Of a stretch of 32,000 nucleotides of DNA, positions 9,728 through 17,913 are shown piece after piece (the stretch's first letter is position 1; each line of letters starts with the position of its first letter). The stretch is from Coprobacillaceae bacterium. Lineage in GTDB: Bacteria; Bacillota_I; Bacilli_A; Erysipelotrichales; Coprobacillaceae. Both the position numbers and the translations under genes were made by a program. A model generated the notes under the pieces. It had not been told where the DNA came from. It made no database searches and was given only the letters and a program-made list of their open reading frames with translations. Location: NCBI GenBank assembly GCA_963675915.1, contig OY780959.1, forward strand, positions 420,001 through 452,000, written 5' to 3'.

Positions 9728-9776
9728 TGCATTTTGAATATTTGTTGCTTCTTATGCTACTTTTTTATTAAAAATG

Positions 9777-9805
9777 TCGACTCAATAAATAAATAATGAT
9801 ACAAT
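9777..9805 (+). promoter_or_regulatory. Putative sigma-A promoter with extended -10
   Basis: TCGACT (9777-9782), 17-nt spacer, TGaTACAAT (TG 9797-9798, -10 at 9800-9805). It would give a roughly 174-nt leader before ATG 9986. Confidence 0.45.
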
Positions 9806-9985
9806 TTTTTATATAGGGGCAATCGATTTGGTGGGAATTGCCGGACTTGGATCCGTTGAAATCGTCCAACCAATCAGAGGCCAACCACCAGGGAATGAAA
9901 GTCATCCAGTTGGGTCGGGCTGCTATTTCCTTGATATTTGATCGAAGTTGATAGAAAGTTATTTTCCAAGATAAGGGGAATTATT

Positions 9986-10543
9986 ATGGATGAAGATAAA
10001 CTTGTAAAAATAAAAGAGATTCAAGTGGGATTGCTGTTCTTTTTTTTGGTGCTTTGTCTGATCTCAACCATGGCATTTTCCAACACAATCGCGCCACGGC
10101 TTACCGATGAGATTCTCAGTTCCTTGGATACAACCATGCTCTATGTGATTTCTGATGAAATCTGGTCAACGATGATTCCGGTACCATTTTTTCCGGTAAT
10201 GGTTTTGCTGCTGAAGTTTTTTTCAATCACCATTTTTTTCGGGCTGAATCTCTATTTCCTGACGGCTTTGAAAGGGAAGAAATTGTTGATCAATTTCACT
10301 TATCTGATTTTAGGCGGCCTTGTCTGGGGAATTCATTTTGTCGGTTTTGAATCGACCAGCCAGTTGGCGATTCTGATTAGAAAGTTTTACATTTCATATC
10401 TGATCGGGATTACATCGTATCCGCTGGTGCTCTACTATGGGACTGTGATTTTAGTAGTGGTGGTTATGATAGCGGTGCTTCTGTGGGAACTTAAACAAAG
10501 TCGCAGCCGTTTCAAACGCCCAATCAAATTCCCGCTGGAATAA
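9986..10543 (+). CDS. Polytopic membrane protein, unknown function
   Basis: ATG 9986 is preceded by the AAGGGGA RBS (the tracked ORF begins earlier at 9938). About 5-6 TM helices. Followed by a strong terminator. Confidence 0.6.
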   Translation: MDEDKLVKIKEIQVGLLFFFLVLCLISTMAFSNTIAPRLTDEILSSLDTTMLYVISDEIWSTMIPVPFFPVMVLLLKFFSITIFFGLNLYFLTALKGKKLLINFTYLILGGLVWGIHFVGFESTSQLAILIRKFYISYLIGITSYPLVLYYGTVILVVVVMIAVLLWELKQSRSRFKRPIKFPLE

Positions 10544-10573
10544 AAAATCGGGTTTATTTTTAGGATATCCATC

Positions 10574-10606
10574 AGACCCCGCATGAATTTGGCGGGGTCT
10601 GGTTTT
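10574..10606 (+). terminator. Intrinsic terminator
   Basis: CAGACCCCGC (10574-10583) pairs with GCGGGGTCTG (10592-10601), then GTTTT. Confidence 0.8.
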
Positions 10607-10641
10607 AGAATATTCAACAACAACAACAACTAGGAGTCAAA

Positions 10642-10956
10642 ATGAAAAAAGTAAAAATTACGGTCATGAAAATGGCCCGCTACGATGATTTGATCGAGCA
10701 ATATGAAAATCCTATTCTTCATGCCTGCAGCATGCAGCTTGACCAAGTCTTCATCGCCAACGGATGGCAAAAGCCTGAAGGTATGTGTGAAAGTGCCTGG
10801 GAGACGATGTCGCCCTTTGTGATGGCATTGGCCCATGGCGCCCGGGATTTTTATGATGGCTGGATGAAAAATCCGGCATCGGCAATGATTTCCTGCAATG
10901 ACGGATTCCGTCCAGTCAGTTTTTTGCTGGAAACAATGGAAGAGGAGGCTGACTGA
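10642..10956 (+). CDS. TIGR04076-like small Cys-containing protein
   Basis: The 104-aa sequence MKKVKITVMK...CSMQ...KPEGMCESAW...FVMALAHG...ISCNDGFRPVSFLLE matches my recollection of the TIGR04076 family pattern (C...PEGxC..AW...ALxHG...CNDGxRPVxFxLE). TAGGAGT RBS. Confidence 0.6.
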   Translation: MKKVKITVMKMARYDDLIEQYENPILHACSMQLDQVFIANGWQKPEGMCESAWETMSPFVMALAHGARDFYDGWMKNPASAMISCNDGFRPVSFLLETMEEEAD

Positions 10957-11025
10957 TCACACTGGTTATCAGTTGGCAAAAAACCAACTAGAGTGGTTGG
11001 TAGCTATTTAACAGGGGGAGCAACA

Positions 11026-11595
11026 ATGAATCATTTAGGAACAATCAAACTGGAGACCAAGCGGCTGGTTCTCCGCCAATTTCAAACTAGCGATCTTGAT
11101 GACATGTATGACAACTGGTGTAGTGATGACAAGGTCACCAGATACCTGACCTGGCCGACCCACCAGTCCAAACTGGAAACCAAGGCGGTTTTGGATCAGT
11201 GGGTAAGCAATAACCGGGATTCTCAAAACTACCAATGGTGCATTGAAATCAAGGATAATCATCAGGCCATCGGCAGTATCGGGGTCACTGCTATTGCTCA
11301 AAATATTGGAGCGGTAGAAATCGGATACTGTATTTCTAGGAAGTACTGGAATCAGGGAATCACCAGCGAGGCCTTTGTGGCGATAATTGAATTTCTGTTT
11401 GACCAGGTGGAAGTCAACCGTATTTGTGCCCATCATGATATTAAAAATCCAAATTCCGGCAAGGTTATGGCCAAATCCGGTCTTAATTATGAGGGGACTT
11501 TGAAAGCAGCAGCTAAAAACAACACCGGAGTCTGTGATGTTTCAGTCTACGGATTGCTTCGTAGCGAATATGTCCAAAGTAAAACCGGAGAATAA
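11026..11595 (+). CDS. GNAT N-acetyltransferase, RimJ/RimL-like
   Basis: LETKRLVLRQF...D...YLTWP...IGSIGV...IGYCISRKYWNQGITSEA... is typical of Acetyltransf_3. ATG 11026 lies behind the GGGGGAG RBS and is preferred over the tracked 10993. Confidence 0.8.
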   Translation: MNHLGTIKLETKRLVLRQFQTSDLDDMYDNWCSDDKVTRYLTWPTHQSKLETKAVLDQWVSNNRDSQNYQWCIEIKDNHQAIGSIGVTAIAQNIGAVEIGYCISRKYWNQGITSEAFVAIIEFLFDQVEVNRICAHHDIKNPNSGKVMAKSGLNYEGTLKAAAKNNTGVCDVSVYGLLRSEYVQSKTGE

Positions 11596-11605
11596 TGAAA
11601 TTGAA

Positions 11606-11650
11606 AAAACACAACCATTTTTGAAATTGATTCAAAGCGGTTGTGTTTTT
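11606..11650 (+). terminator. Intrinsic terminator
   Basis: AAAACACAACC (11606-11616) pairs with GGTTGTGTTTT (11639-11649). An inner TTGAA/TTCAA pairing sits in the loop. Confidence 0.65.
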
Positions 11651-11734
11651 AAGTTGGTTCAAATGCAAGATTAACCTGAATAATTATTTCTTTTTCAAAC
11701 AAATGATTTGAATCATTGGCGTTCAACCAACCGG

Positions 11735-11920
11735 CTATTCGCCGGTCTTGACTACAATCAAAAGAAAATCTACCCGGGCAGTTGCTCCCATCCATAAAAA
11801 TGTCGGTTTGACATTAGGGATGATTGAGACTACTTCGCCTTCAACGTTATTAAGAAACTGTTCTATTCGCATCTGGTCTTTTTTCAAGTCGACATCCAAG
11901 CGGTAAACTCGATATTTCAT
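11735..11920 (-). CDS. Small hypothetical protein (61 aa)
   Basis: GAGGAGG RBS 6 nt before ATG at 11920 (MKYRVYRLDVDL...). No family recognised. Confidence 0.5.
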   Translation of the reverse strand: MKYRVYRLDVDLKKDQMRIEQFLNNVEGEVVSIIPNVKPTFLWMGATARVDFLLIVVKTGE

Positions 11921-12363
11921 ACGCATCCTCCTCAAAAGACAATCCAGTCACGGCAGTTGCCTGAAAGACAACAGCGTAACTTGGATCAAACAGGAAAGAA
12001 AATATTATGAGGTCGAAATTGGTTTTGGTAATTCTGTGAATATATTATATCATTTGAACAACTTTTGTTACTTAAATTATAGCAAAGAACAACCGTGATT
12101 ACAACCTGACTTCCCGGGATAAGCGGGCTTATTCAAGTTACACTAATACCCTTAAATCAGATAACTGAGGCTTACGTAAAATAATATGAAAAATGTAAAT
12201 TAATTAGGTGTTAATGTCCGGTAAAAGGAGTATAATTAAGATAGAAGAGGGGCCAGCGAATGTTGGGCTCCTTTTGCATTTATAAATGCGGCGCGATAAT
12301 CATATCCCGCTTATCCAGATCATCTTGTCTGAAGTTTCATGACGTTATGAAGAGGTGAATAAT

Positions 12364-13584
12364 ATGAAAAAAACAAACAGATTGAAATTGTTATTAACGT
12401 CATTTATTTTTAGTTTTATGATTATCGGTTCGCTAAGCCCAACAGTCAACGCGGCAACGAGCCAATTGATTTCCCGGGTGGCCACTACCGATAAAGTAAT
12501 TGCCCTCACTTTTGATGACGGTGATGATGGTGCCAATGACCAGGCGATTCTTGACATCCTGGCCGCCAATAATATCAAGGCGTCATTTTTTATCACCGGT
12601 AGAGCGGCAGAACGTCACCCTGACTTGATCAAGAAAATCGTCACTGCCGGACATGATATCGGAAACCACTCTTATTCGCATCCGTATTTCACCCAGATAT
12701 CGGCAACCGAGATGGTAAATCAGCTGACTACAACTGAAAACATCATCAAGAACCTGACGGGCAAAACAACCAAACCGTATTTCCGTCCGCCATACGGGGC
12801 TTATGATTCCAATGTACTTCAGGTAGTGGGCGATGCCGGTTACACCAAAACCATCTATTGGACCATCGACACCATCGACTGGTCAGGCAATTCGACTGAA
12901 GTTATCGTAAACAAAGTTATTGATAATGCTGTTCCGGGAGCCATTGTACTGATGCATACCGGTACCGGTGCTTACAATACCAAGTACGCACTGCCACAAA
13001 TCATCACTACCCTCAAAGCGCGAGGCTACCAGTTTGTGACATTGACGCAGTTGATCAATCATACTTATGACACTGACCCGGAACCATCAACCGCTCCGGT
13101 AAGTGATGCAACCATTGACAGCTGGCCGCTGCTTAAATACGGATCAGTGGGAACCGCAGTCAAACAGCTCCAACAGATGCTGACCTATTATGGCCTTCCG
13201 TTATATGCCGATGGCGTATTCGGACCAAAAACCCTGGCTGCAGTCAAATCATTCCAAAGCAGCCATAATCTGGTCGCCGATGGAATCGTAGGACCACTGA
13301 CCAGAGCTCAACTGAAAACCGGAACGAGCACAATGCCGCCGCCGACTACCACGGCTCCAGTAAGCAATGCAACCATCGACAGTTGGCCGTTGCTTAAATA
13401 CGGATCAGTTGGAACCGCAGTCAAACAGCTCCAACAGATGTTGACCTATTATGGTCTGCCGTTATATGCCGATGGCATATTCGGACCAAAAACCCTGGCA
13501 GCAGTCAAATCATTCCAAAGCAGCCATAATCTGGTCGCCGATGGAATCGTGGGACCACTGACCAGAGCTCAGCTCAAGACCTAG
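12364..13584 (+). CDS. Secreted polysaccharide/peptidoglycan deacetylase (NodB domain) with two C-terminal PG_binding_1 domains
   Basis: Signal peptide MKKTNRLKLLLTSFIFSFMIIGS...VNA. NodB motifs LTFDDGDDG, GNHSYSHP, RPPYG, LMH. Two LKYGSVGTAVKQLQQML...DGxFGPKTLAAVKSFQ modules. Confidence 0.9.
   Translation: MKKTNRLKLLLTSFIFSFMIIGSLSPTVNAATSQLISRVATTDKVIALTFDDGDDGANDQAILDILAANNIKASFFITGRAAERHPDLIKKIVTAGHDIGNHSYSHPYFTQISATEMVNQLTTTENIIKNLTGKTTKPYFRPPYGAYDSNVLQVVGDAGYTKTIYWTIDTIDWSGNSTEVIVNKVIDNAVPGAIVLMHTGTGAYNTKYALPQIITTLKARGYQFVTLTQLINHTYDTDPEPSTAPVSDATIDSWPLLKYGSVGTAVKQLQQMLTYYGLPLYADGVFGPKTLAAVKSFQSSHNLVADGIVGPLTRAQLKTGTSTMPPPTTTAPVSNATIDSWPLLKYGSVGTAVKQLQQMLTYYGLPLYADGIFGPKTLAAVKSFQSSHNLVADGIVGPLTRAQLKT
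13093..13581 (+). repeat. Intragenic tandem duplication of a 228-nt PG-binding module
   Basis: 13093-13320 versus 13354-13581: 16 differences in 228 nt by direct codon-by-codon comparison. Of these, 14 are synonymous and 2 conservative (D to N, V to I). Confidence 0.95.
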
Positions 13585-13689
13585 AGGTTTGAGATTTAGT
13601 AAATTATTCGATTGGCAAACCTTGCTTTATTTTCAAGCGGGGGTTGGTTTTAAAATGGAACCGGCAAGGACCGGTTCAGGAGGTGGCAT

Positions 13690-14712
13690 ATGAAAAAGAT
13701 CTCTATTATTGCTTTGGTGCTGGCTGTCTTGATGGCAATCGGACTTTTCAATCGGTTAGACAATCCCCAGGATTCATGCACGATTTTCACGGTCCAAGAC
13801 AATGATCAGGTTTATTTTGCCAGCAATGAAGACTGGCATGAGAGTGAACTGTTTTTAGGCTTTTCCAGAGCTACCGCCACCAGCTACGGAGCCATGCGAA
13901 TCGGCTATCTGATCGACGGCAATGTCAATTTCCAGTCAGCCATCAATAGTGTTGGACTGGCTTGGGCGGTCAACAGTGTCCCGAAAGCCAAACTAAGTTA
14001 TGATCAAGAGATGACTTATGATCTGGAGACTGACAATTTCTTTGCGATGCTGATCAACGATACCGCTACTGTCAGTGAGGCGATTGAATTGGCCCGGCAG
14101 TTCGACTTTGGCGATGAGATGAGCTTCCAGATTCATATCGCCGACAAGTCCGGAAACGCAGTTGTGATTTCACCTGATGGTAATGGCAGCTTGGGCTTTA
14201 CTATCAAAGAGCCCGGACAGGAGTATCTGATTTCGACCAACTTCAACCGGGCCAACCCCGATAGCGGCATTCATGACGGCCGTTATGAAACCGTGACCCA
14301 GTTACTTGACTCCCGTTATAACGGCGAGCCCCTCAGTTATCTTTCCAGGATTATCGAAACGGTAAGTATCCACACTTTGACGACCTATACGATGATTTCT
14401 TCAGTGACCAATCTGGTCAGCGGCGAAAGTGTATTTTATTATATGTCCCAGTTTGACGAGGCGACCACGTTCAATTTCTACGAAGAGATGAACCGGGGCG
14501 ACCGGATTATTTCGATGCGGGAATTTTTCAGTGAAGCTACCGTCACTGCCGGAGATCAGGCTTACCGCAGTTTCGAACGACGGTTTTTCCTGGCGATTGG
14601 AGCGGTTATCGGTGGCGGAGTCCTGGCGGCTAGCGTCATCGTGATTTTGATTGTCAAAAAGGTCAAAAAACGCAACCGGAACCACCAAAAGGATGGGATC
14701 GCCAATGGATGA
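13690..14712 (+). CDS. Secreted, C-terminally membrane-anchored Cys-Ntn hydrolase (choloylglycine hydrolase / linear amide C-N hydrolase-like)
   Basis: Signal sequence, then CTIFTVQDNDQVYFASNEDW, which resembles the N-terminal nucleophile Cys plus NxDW motif of this superfamily. C-terminal TM helix followed by KKVKKRNRNHQ. AGGAGGTGG RBS. Confidence 0.5.
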   Translation: MKKISIIALVLAVLMAIGLFNRLDNPQDSCTIFTVQDNDQVYFASNEDWHESELFLGFSRATATSYGAMRIGYLIDGNVNFQSAINSVGLAWAVNSVPKAKLSYDQEMTYDLETDNFFAMLINDTATVSEAIELARQFDFGDEMSFQIHIADKSGNAVVISPDGNGSLGFTIKEPGQEYLISTNFNRANPDSGIHDGRYETVTQLLDSRYNGEPLSYLSRIIETVSIHTLTTYTMISSVTNLVSGESVFYYMSQFDEATTFNFYEEMNRGDRIISMREFFSEATVTAGDQAYRSFERRFFLAIGAVIGGGVLAASVIVILIVKKVKKRNRNHQKDGIANG

Positions 14713-15148
14713 AGGCAGAATCAAACTAAGCAGTTTTCTCAAAGCGGTTATCATGCTGGCATCGGGCGTCCTTTTCTGGTTGATTCTGGCCATATCCCTG
14801 ATGATATTCTTCAATACGCTGGATACCTACAATGTTTACCGGGCGTCTTTGGTTTCCAAATCGGTCTATGTGGCTTTGTTTTGGATTACTCCGGCGCTAT
14901 TATGGAAGTTTAAGGCCGGTGACACCACCAAGGCGACTCTTTTGATCATGGCGGTGATGGCAACTTTCGCAATGGTTGTCATCAGTTTTCATCAATATGG
15001 TGGTCTGTTCATCCCGGCGCTGGGACTGGGATCCATCGCCCTGACCTCAGCATTTCTGCACTGGCTCAAGGCTGCCTGGCAATACTATTTCGCCGTTATT
15101 TATGGCATTTTGATTGTCCTGGTGATCTGGTTTTTCAACGCCCTGTGA
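14705..15148 (+). CDS. Membrane protein, unknown function
   Basis: ATG 14705 overlaps the upstream stop (ATGGATGA). Four hydrophobic helices. The start is ambiguous; the tracked ORF begins at 14651. Confidence 0.5.
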   Translation: MDEGRIKLSSFLKAVIMLASGVLFWLILAISLMIFFNTLDTYNVYRASLVSKSVYVALFWITPALLWKFKAGDTTKATLLIMAVMATFAMVVISFHQYGGLFIPALGLGSIALTSAFLHWLKAAWQYYFAVIYGILIVLVIWFFNAL

Positions 15149-15181
15149 CCTATGACAAATATCCAATTGAACATATATTAA

Positions 15182-15225
15182 AAGACCGGAATCCATGGCT
15201 ATGTTAGGATTCCGGTCTTGTTTTT
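15182..15225. terminator. Bidirectional intrinsic terminator between convergent operons
   Basis: A 13-bp perfect stem, AAGACCGGAATCC (15182-15194) with GGATTCCGGTCTT (15207-15219). T-run downstream, A-rich upstream. Confidence 0.85.
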
Positions 15226-15248
15226 ATTTTTATCAGGTCGGGTGAAAA

Positions 15249-16202
15249 TCATTTTTCTTCGTGGTAGCCATTGGCGGTGAAATATTCCAGCACCCGCATC
15301 GCACGCAAAGTGTTCCACCGACTGGGTTGGCCGGCCTTTTCCATCTGGAAATGAAGGGCACTGCCGGGATAATGGGCGGGCACTTTCCAGCGACCGTCTT
15401 TAAGCTGTTTTTTCCGGACAATCTCCAGGGCTTCTTTCATCCGGGGATCATAGGGCGCTTGGGCAGTTCGAAAATAATCCAAGGCCCGGAGGATATCATA
15501 TTTCCAACGGGTTGGATAGGCCAGTTTGAGAAATCCCTTATTGATGATTTCTCCGGTTTTGTCAGAGCGGAACAGCTGGTGACATAGTAAAAACTCCTGG
15601 GCCTGAAGCTCGATTGCTTCGAGTTCATCTTTGCGGTAACTGTAACCTTGAATCAGGTATTCCCGGATTCCTTCGAGAATATTGATGGTCGTATGCACCG
15701 AGCTGTGTTTGGCTCCATAACGGTTGAGTCTGCAGTTGAAAGCCCCATCGGGCATCTGCTGAGTGATGACAAAGTCGATTACCGATTTTAGATGCTTGGG
15801 GTCGATCTGGAAATAGCAACCGTAATTCAAAAACATCCCGTTGATGCAAAGGTCGCTTTCCTTGACTGTGACTGCCCCGTTGATTCCGCCATCTTCGCCT
15901 TTTTCATTCAGGGCAATGGCGATAAGGGCTTTGGAGATTCCGGGTGTAATATTGGCACCCAGGTGTTTCAAGTCCAACAGGGTATAATTGGTCGAGGTCC
16001 ATTTGGGCTGATAAAAAGCTTTGCCCCAATGACCCTCGGGATGTTGGCGCTCAAGAAAATCCCGGCCCCATCCTTCGGTATTGATGCGCTGCTTCAGTTT
16101 TTTCAAAGTTCCGGCCTTGGAATGGAGCAGATCCCGGTGAGTCTGATATTGAATCGCCACATCACCTTTAAGCAGCCATTCGATTATTTCATTGCGTTCC
16201 AT
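15249..16202 (-). CDS. Alpha/alpha-toroid repeat protein (prenyltransferase / squalene-cyclase-like fold), function unknown
   Basis: Repeated QxxDGxW-like motifs (HPEGHWG, QQMPDGAFN, KQLKDGRWKV). AAAGGAG RBS. Last gene of the operon. Confidence 0.45.
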   Translation of the reverse strand: MERNEIIEWLLKGDVAIQYQTHRDLLHSKAGTLKKLKQRINTEGWGRDFLERQHPEGHWGKAFYQPKWTSTNYTLLDLKHLGANITPGISKALIAIALNEKGEDGGINGAVTVKESDLCINGMFLNYGCYFQIDPKHLKSVIDFVITQQMPDGAFNCRLNRYGAKHSSVHTTINILEGIREYLIQGYSYRKDELEAIELQAQEFLLCHQLFRSDKTGEIINKGFLKLAYPTRWKYDILRALDYFRTAQAPYDPRMKEALEIVRKKQLKDGRWKVPAHYPGSALHFQMEKAGQPSRWNTLRAMRVLEYFTANGYHEEK

Positions 16203-16223
16203 GGTTTGACTCCTTTCAATTGA

Positions 16224-17333
16224 TCAAATCGTTGATAAAGGATTTTTCGATAACACCATCCGGGTTGGGTTTGGTTTATCAGTTTGAAGATCACCGGCCA
16301 GTCTCCTGGTGAGATCGCAGATCAAATCAGGCAAGGCGATTACGTCTTCAAAGGCTAGCGGACTCATCAAGCAGATCTGGACACAGTTGCTGGAAACTAG
16401 ATATTCGCTCTGGTAGCTTAAAAGATACCCTTGATTTTTCAGGAGATGACCTAGCTGCAGAGATGATACCGGTTCGGGGATTTTCAGGGTGAAAACCGCC
16501 GGTGATGAGTTGTTTTTGTCAATCATCACCATCAAATTAAGCTGCTCGAATCGTTGTCTTAGCCGATTTGAGATCAGGCTCAGGCGTTTATCAAGCTGTT
16601 TGGCCAGGTGGATTTCGGTTGCGGTTTTGAGTCCGTAAAGCAATCCGGATGAAATTGTGAACGGAATCCCGGATTTGCTGTGGTACATCCCCAAATCGAG
16701 ACAATAGGGGATTGCGGGATTGGCAGCTATTTCATGGTTCGAAAAGATCATTGCCAGTCCGGCATAACTTCCCAAGGCTTTGCCGCTGGTGGCGGTGGCC
16801 AGATAGACGGATTCGAGGTCTAATGGTACGGTCCCAATAGAGCTGATGCAATCAAGGCATAATTTGACCTGGTGGTCCTGGGCTATCCGGGTTATCCGGC
16901 TCAAATCGAACATGAATCCACTTGAAGTTTCACAGTGGGTGGTCCAGATCCAGGAAATTTTTTTTGGTTCACTGCTCAGCTGCGCTTCCAACTCGTCAAG
17001 ATTGAAAATTTCACCCATATTCTTGCTTAACTCCTGGAAGTTTAGTTGCTGGCGGGTGGCAATTGTCAAAAGGCGCCTGGAGAATTCGCCACAGGTAATT
17101 ATCAATCCCGTCCCGTCAAGTTGGGATAGCTGGGCGGCAACCATTTCGTTGGCCAAGGTTCCCGGTCCGGTGATAATCTCGACATTGGTACAATTGACCA
17201 GCTGACACAATTTTTCCTTGGTAGTATTGAAATCGGCTTTGAAGGAATCGCACCGATGGGATATTGGAGTTTTGGCGATGGCGCTAATCACTTCAGGTCG
17301 GATAGCTACCGGTCCTGGGGAAAGGTTAATCAT
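16224..17333 (-). CDS. Class V (fold type I) PLP-dependent aminotransferase, PhnW / serine-pyruvate aminotransferase-like
   Basis: MINLSPGPV, HCETSSG, DCISSIGTVPLD, SGKALGSYAGLA (PLP Lys). The ATG overlaps the upstream GNAT stop by 8 nt (AATGATTAA). Confidence 0.8.
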   Translation of the reverse strand: MINLSPGPVAIRPEVISAIAKTPISHRCDSFKADFNTTKEKLCQLVNCTNVEIITGPGTLANEMVAAQLSQLDGTGLIITCGEFSRRLLTIATRQQLNFQELSKNMGEIFNLDELEAQLSSEPKKISWIWTTHCETSSGFMFDLSRITRIAQDHQVKLCLDCISSIGTVPLDLESVYLATATSGKALGSYAGLAMIFSNHEIAANPAIPYCLDLGMYHSKSGIPFTISSGLLYGLKTATEIHLAKQLDKRLSLISNRLRQRFEQLNLMVMIDKNNSSPAVFTLKIPEPVSSLQLGHLLKNQGYLLSYQSEYLVSSNCVQICLMSPLAFEDVIALPDLICDLTRRLAGDLQTDKPNPTRMVLSKNPLSTI

Positions 17334-17898
17334 TGTTAGAACCTCCCAGGTTTTTAGTGAAAAAATAGCTCAGACTCTTTTGGAGATTCTCGAGGGTCAG
17401 ATACATCGGTTGGTAATAGGCTCCTTCTTTGCCGACAAGCTGGTAGAAGGGGATGAATCCGATGTGGCTATAGAGCCGGATCTGCCGGGTGGTGCCGGAG
17501 ATGATGCAATAGTCAAAAGATTGTTGCAGGCATACTTCAAGCAGTTTTTCGCTAAGGCCAAAAAACACGGTTCCCTGACGATAGTCTTTCTTGATTGAAA
17601 GCAGCCGGATCTCGCAGATTTTCTTTTTTTCCGGCAAATAACTGTCCAAATCCGGGATTTTATGATCAAGAGAAAACGGCCGTTGTCCCCGAAGCGCCAG
17701 CATCCCGACCAGTTCCTGATCATCCTTGGCGATGATATAAGTGTTTTGATGGTGGAATTTGTCAATCAGCTGCTTTTGGGTGTTGATTTCATGTTGGGGA
17801 ATCTCCTCGACGAAAGTCTCGTAATTTAGGGCATGGATAGCCTCATACTCCTGCGGGGTATCGGCAATTTTATAGATGAATTTGTCATTGATAATCAT
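17326..17898 (-). CDS. GNAT-fold N-acyltransferase resembling N-acyl amino acid synthases (Acetyltransf_5 / OlsB-FeeM-like)
   Basis: DKFHHQNTYIIAKDDQELVGMLALR and CEIRLLSIKKDYR...LYSHIGF fit the DxxD...vGt.Rl...E.sRl.v...yR...Y...GF pattern of that family as I recall it. AGGAGGG RBS. Confidence 0.5.
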   Translation of the reverse strand: MIINDKFIYKIADTPQEYEAIHALNYETFVEEIPQHEINTQKQLIDKFHHQNTYIIAKDDQELVGMLALRGQRPFSLDHKIPDLDSYLPEKKKICEIRLLSIKKDYRQGTVFFGLSEKLLEVCLQQSFDYCIISGTTRQIRLYSHIGFIPFYQLVGKEGAYYQPMYLTLENLQKSLSYFFTKNLGGSNND

Positions 17899-17913
17899 AA
17901 TTTTCCCTCCTGG

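Noticed and set aside
9806-9985. TPP or other known riboswitch upstream of the membrane protein.
   Set aside because: The CUGAGA and ACCUGAUCUGGAUAAUGCCAGCG-type TPP cores are absent. No other known motif could be matched by eye.
10957-11025. Alternative hairpins AGTTGG / CCAACT / GGTTGG before the GNAT gene, as a possible attenuator.
   Set aside because: The stems are only 5-6 bp and no T-run follows. Likely incidental.
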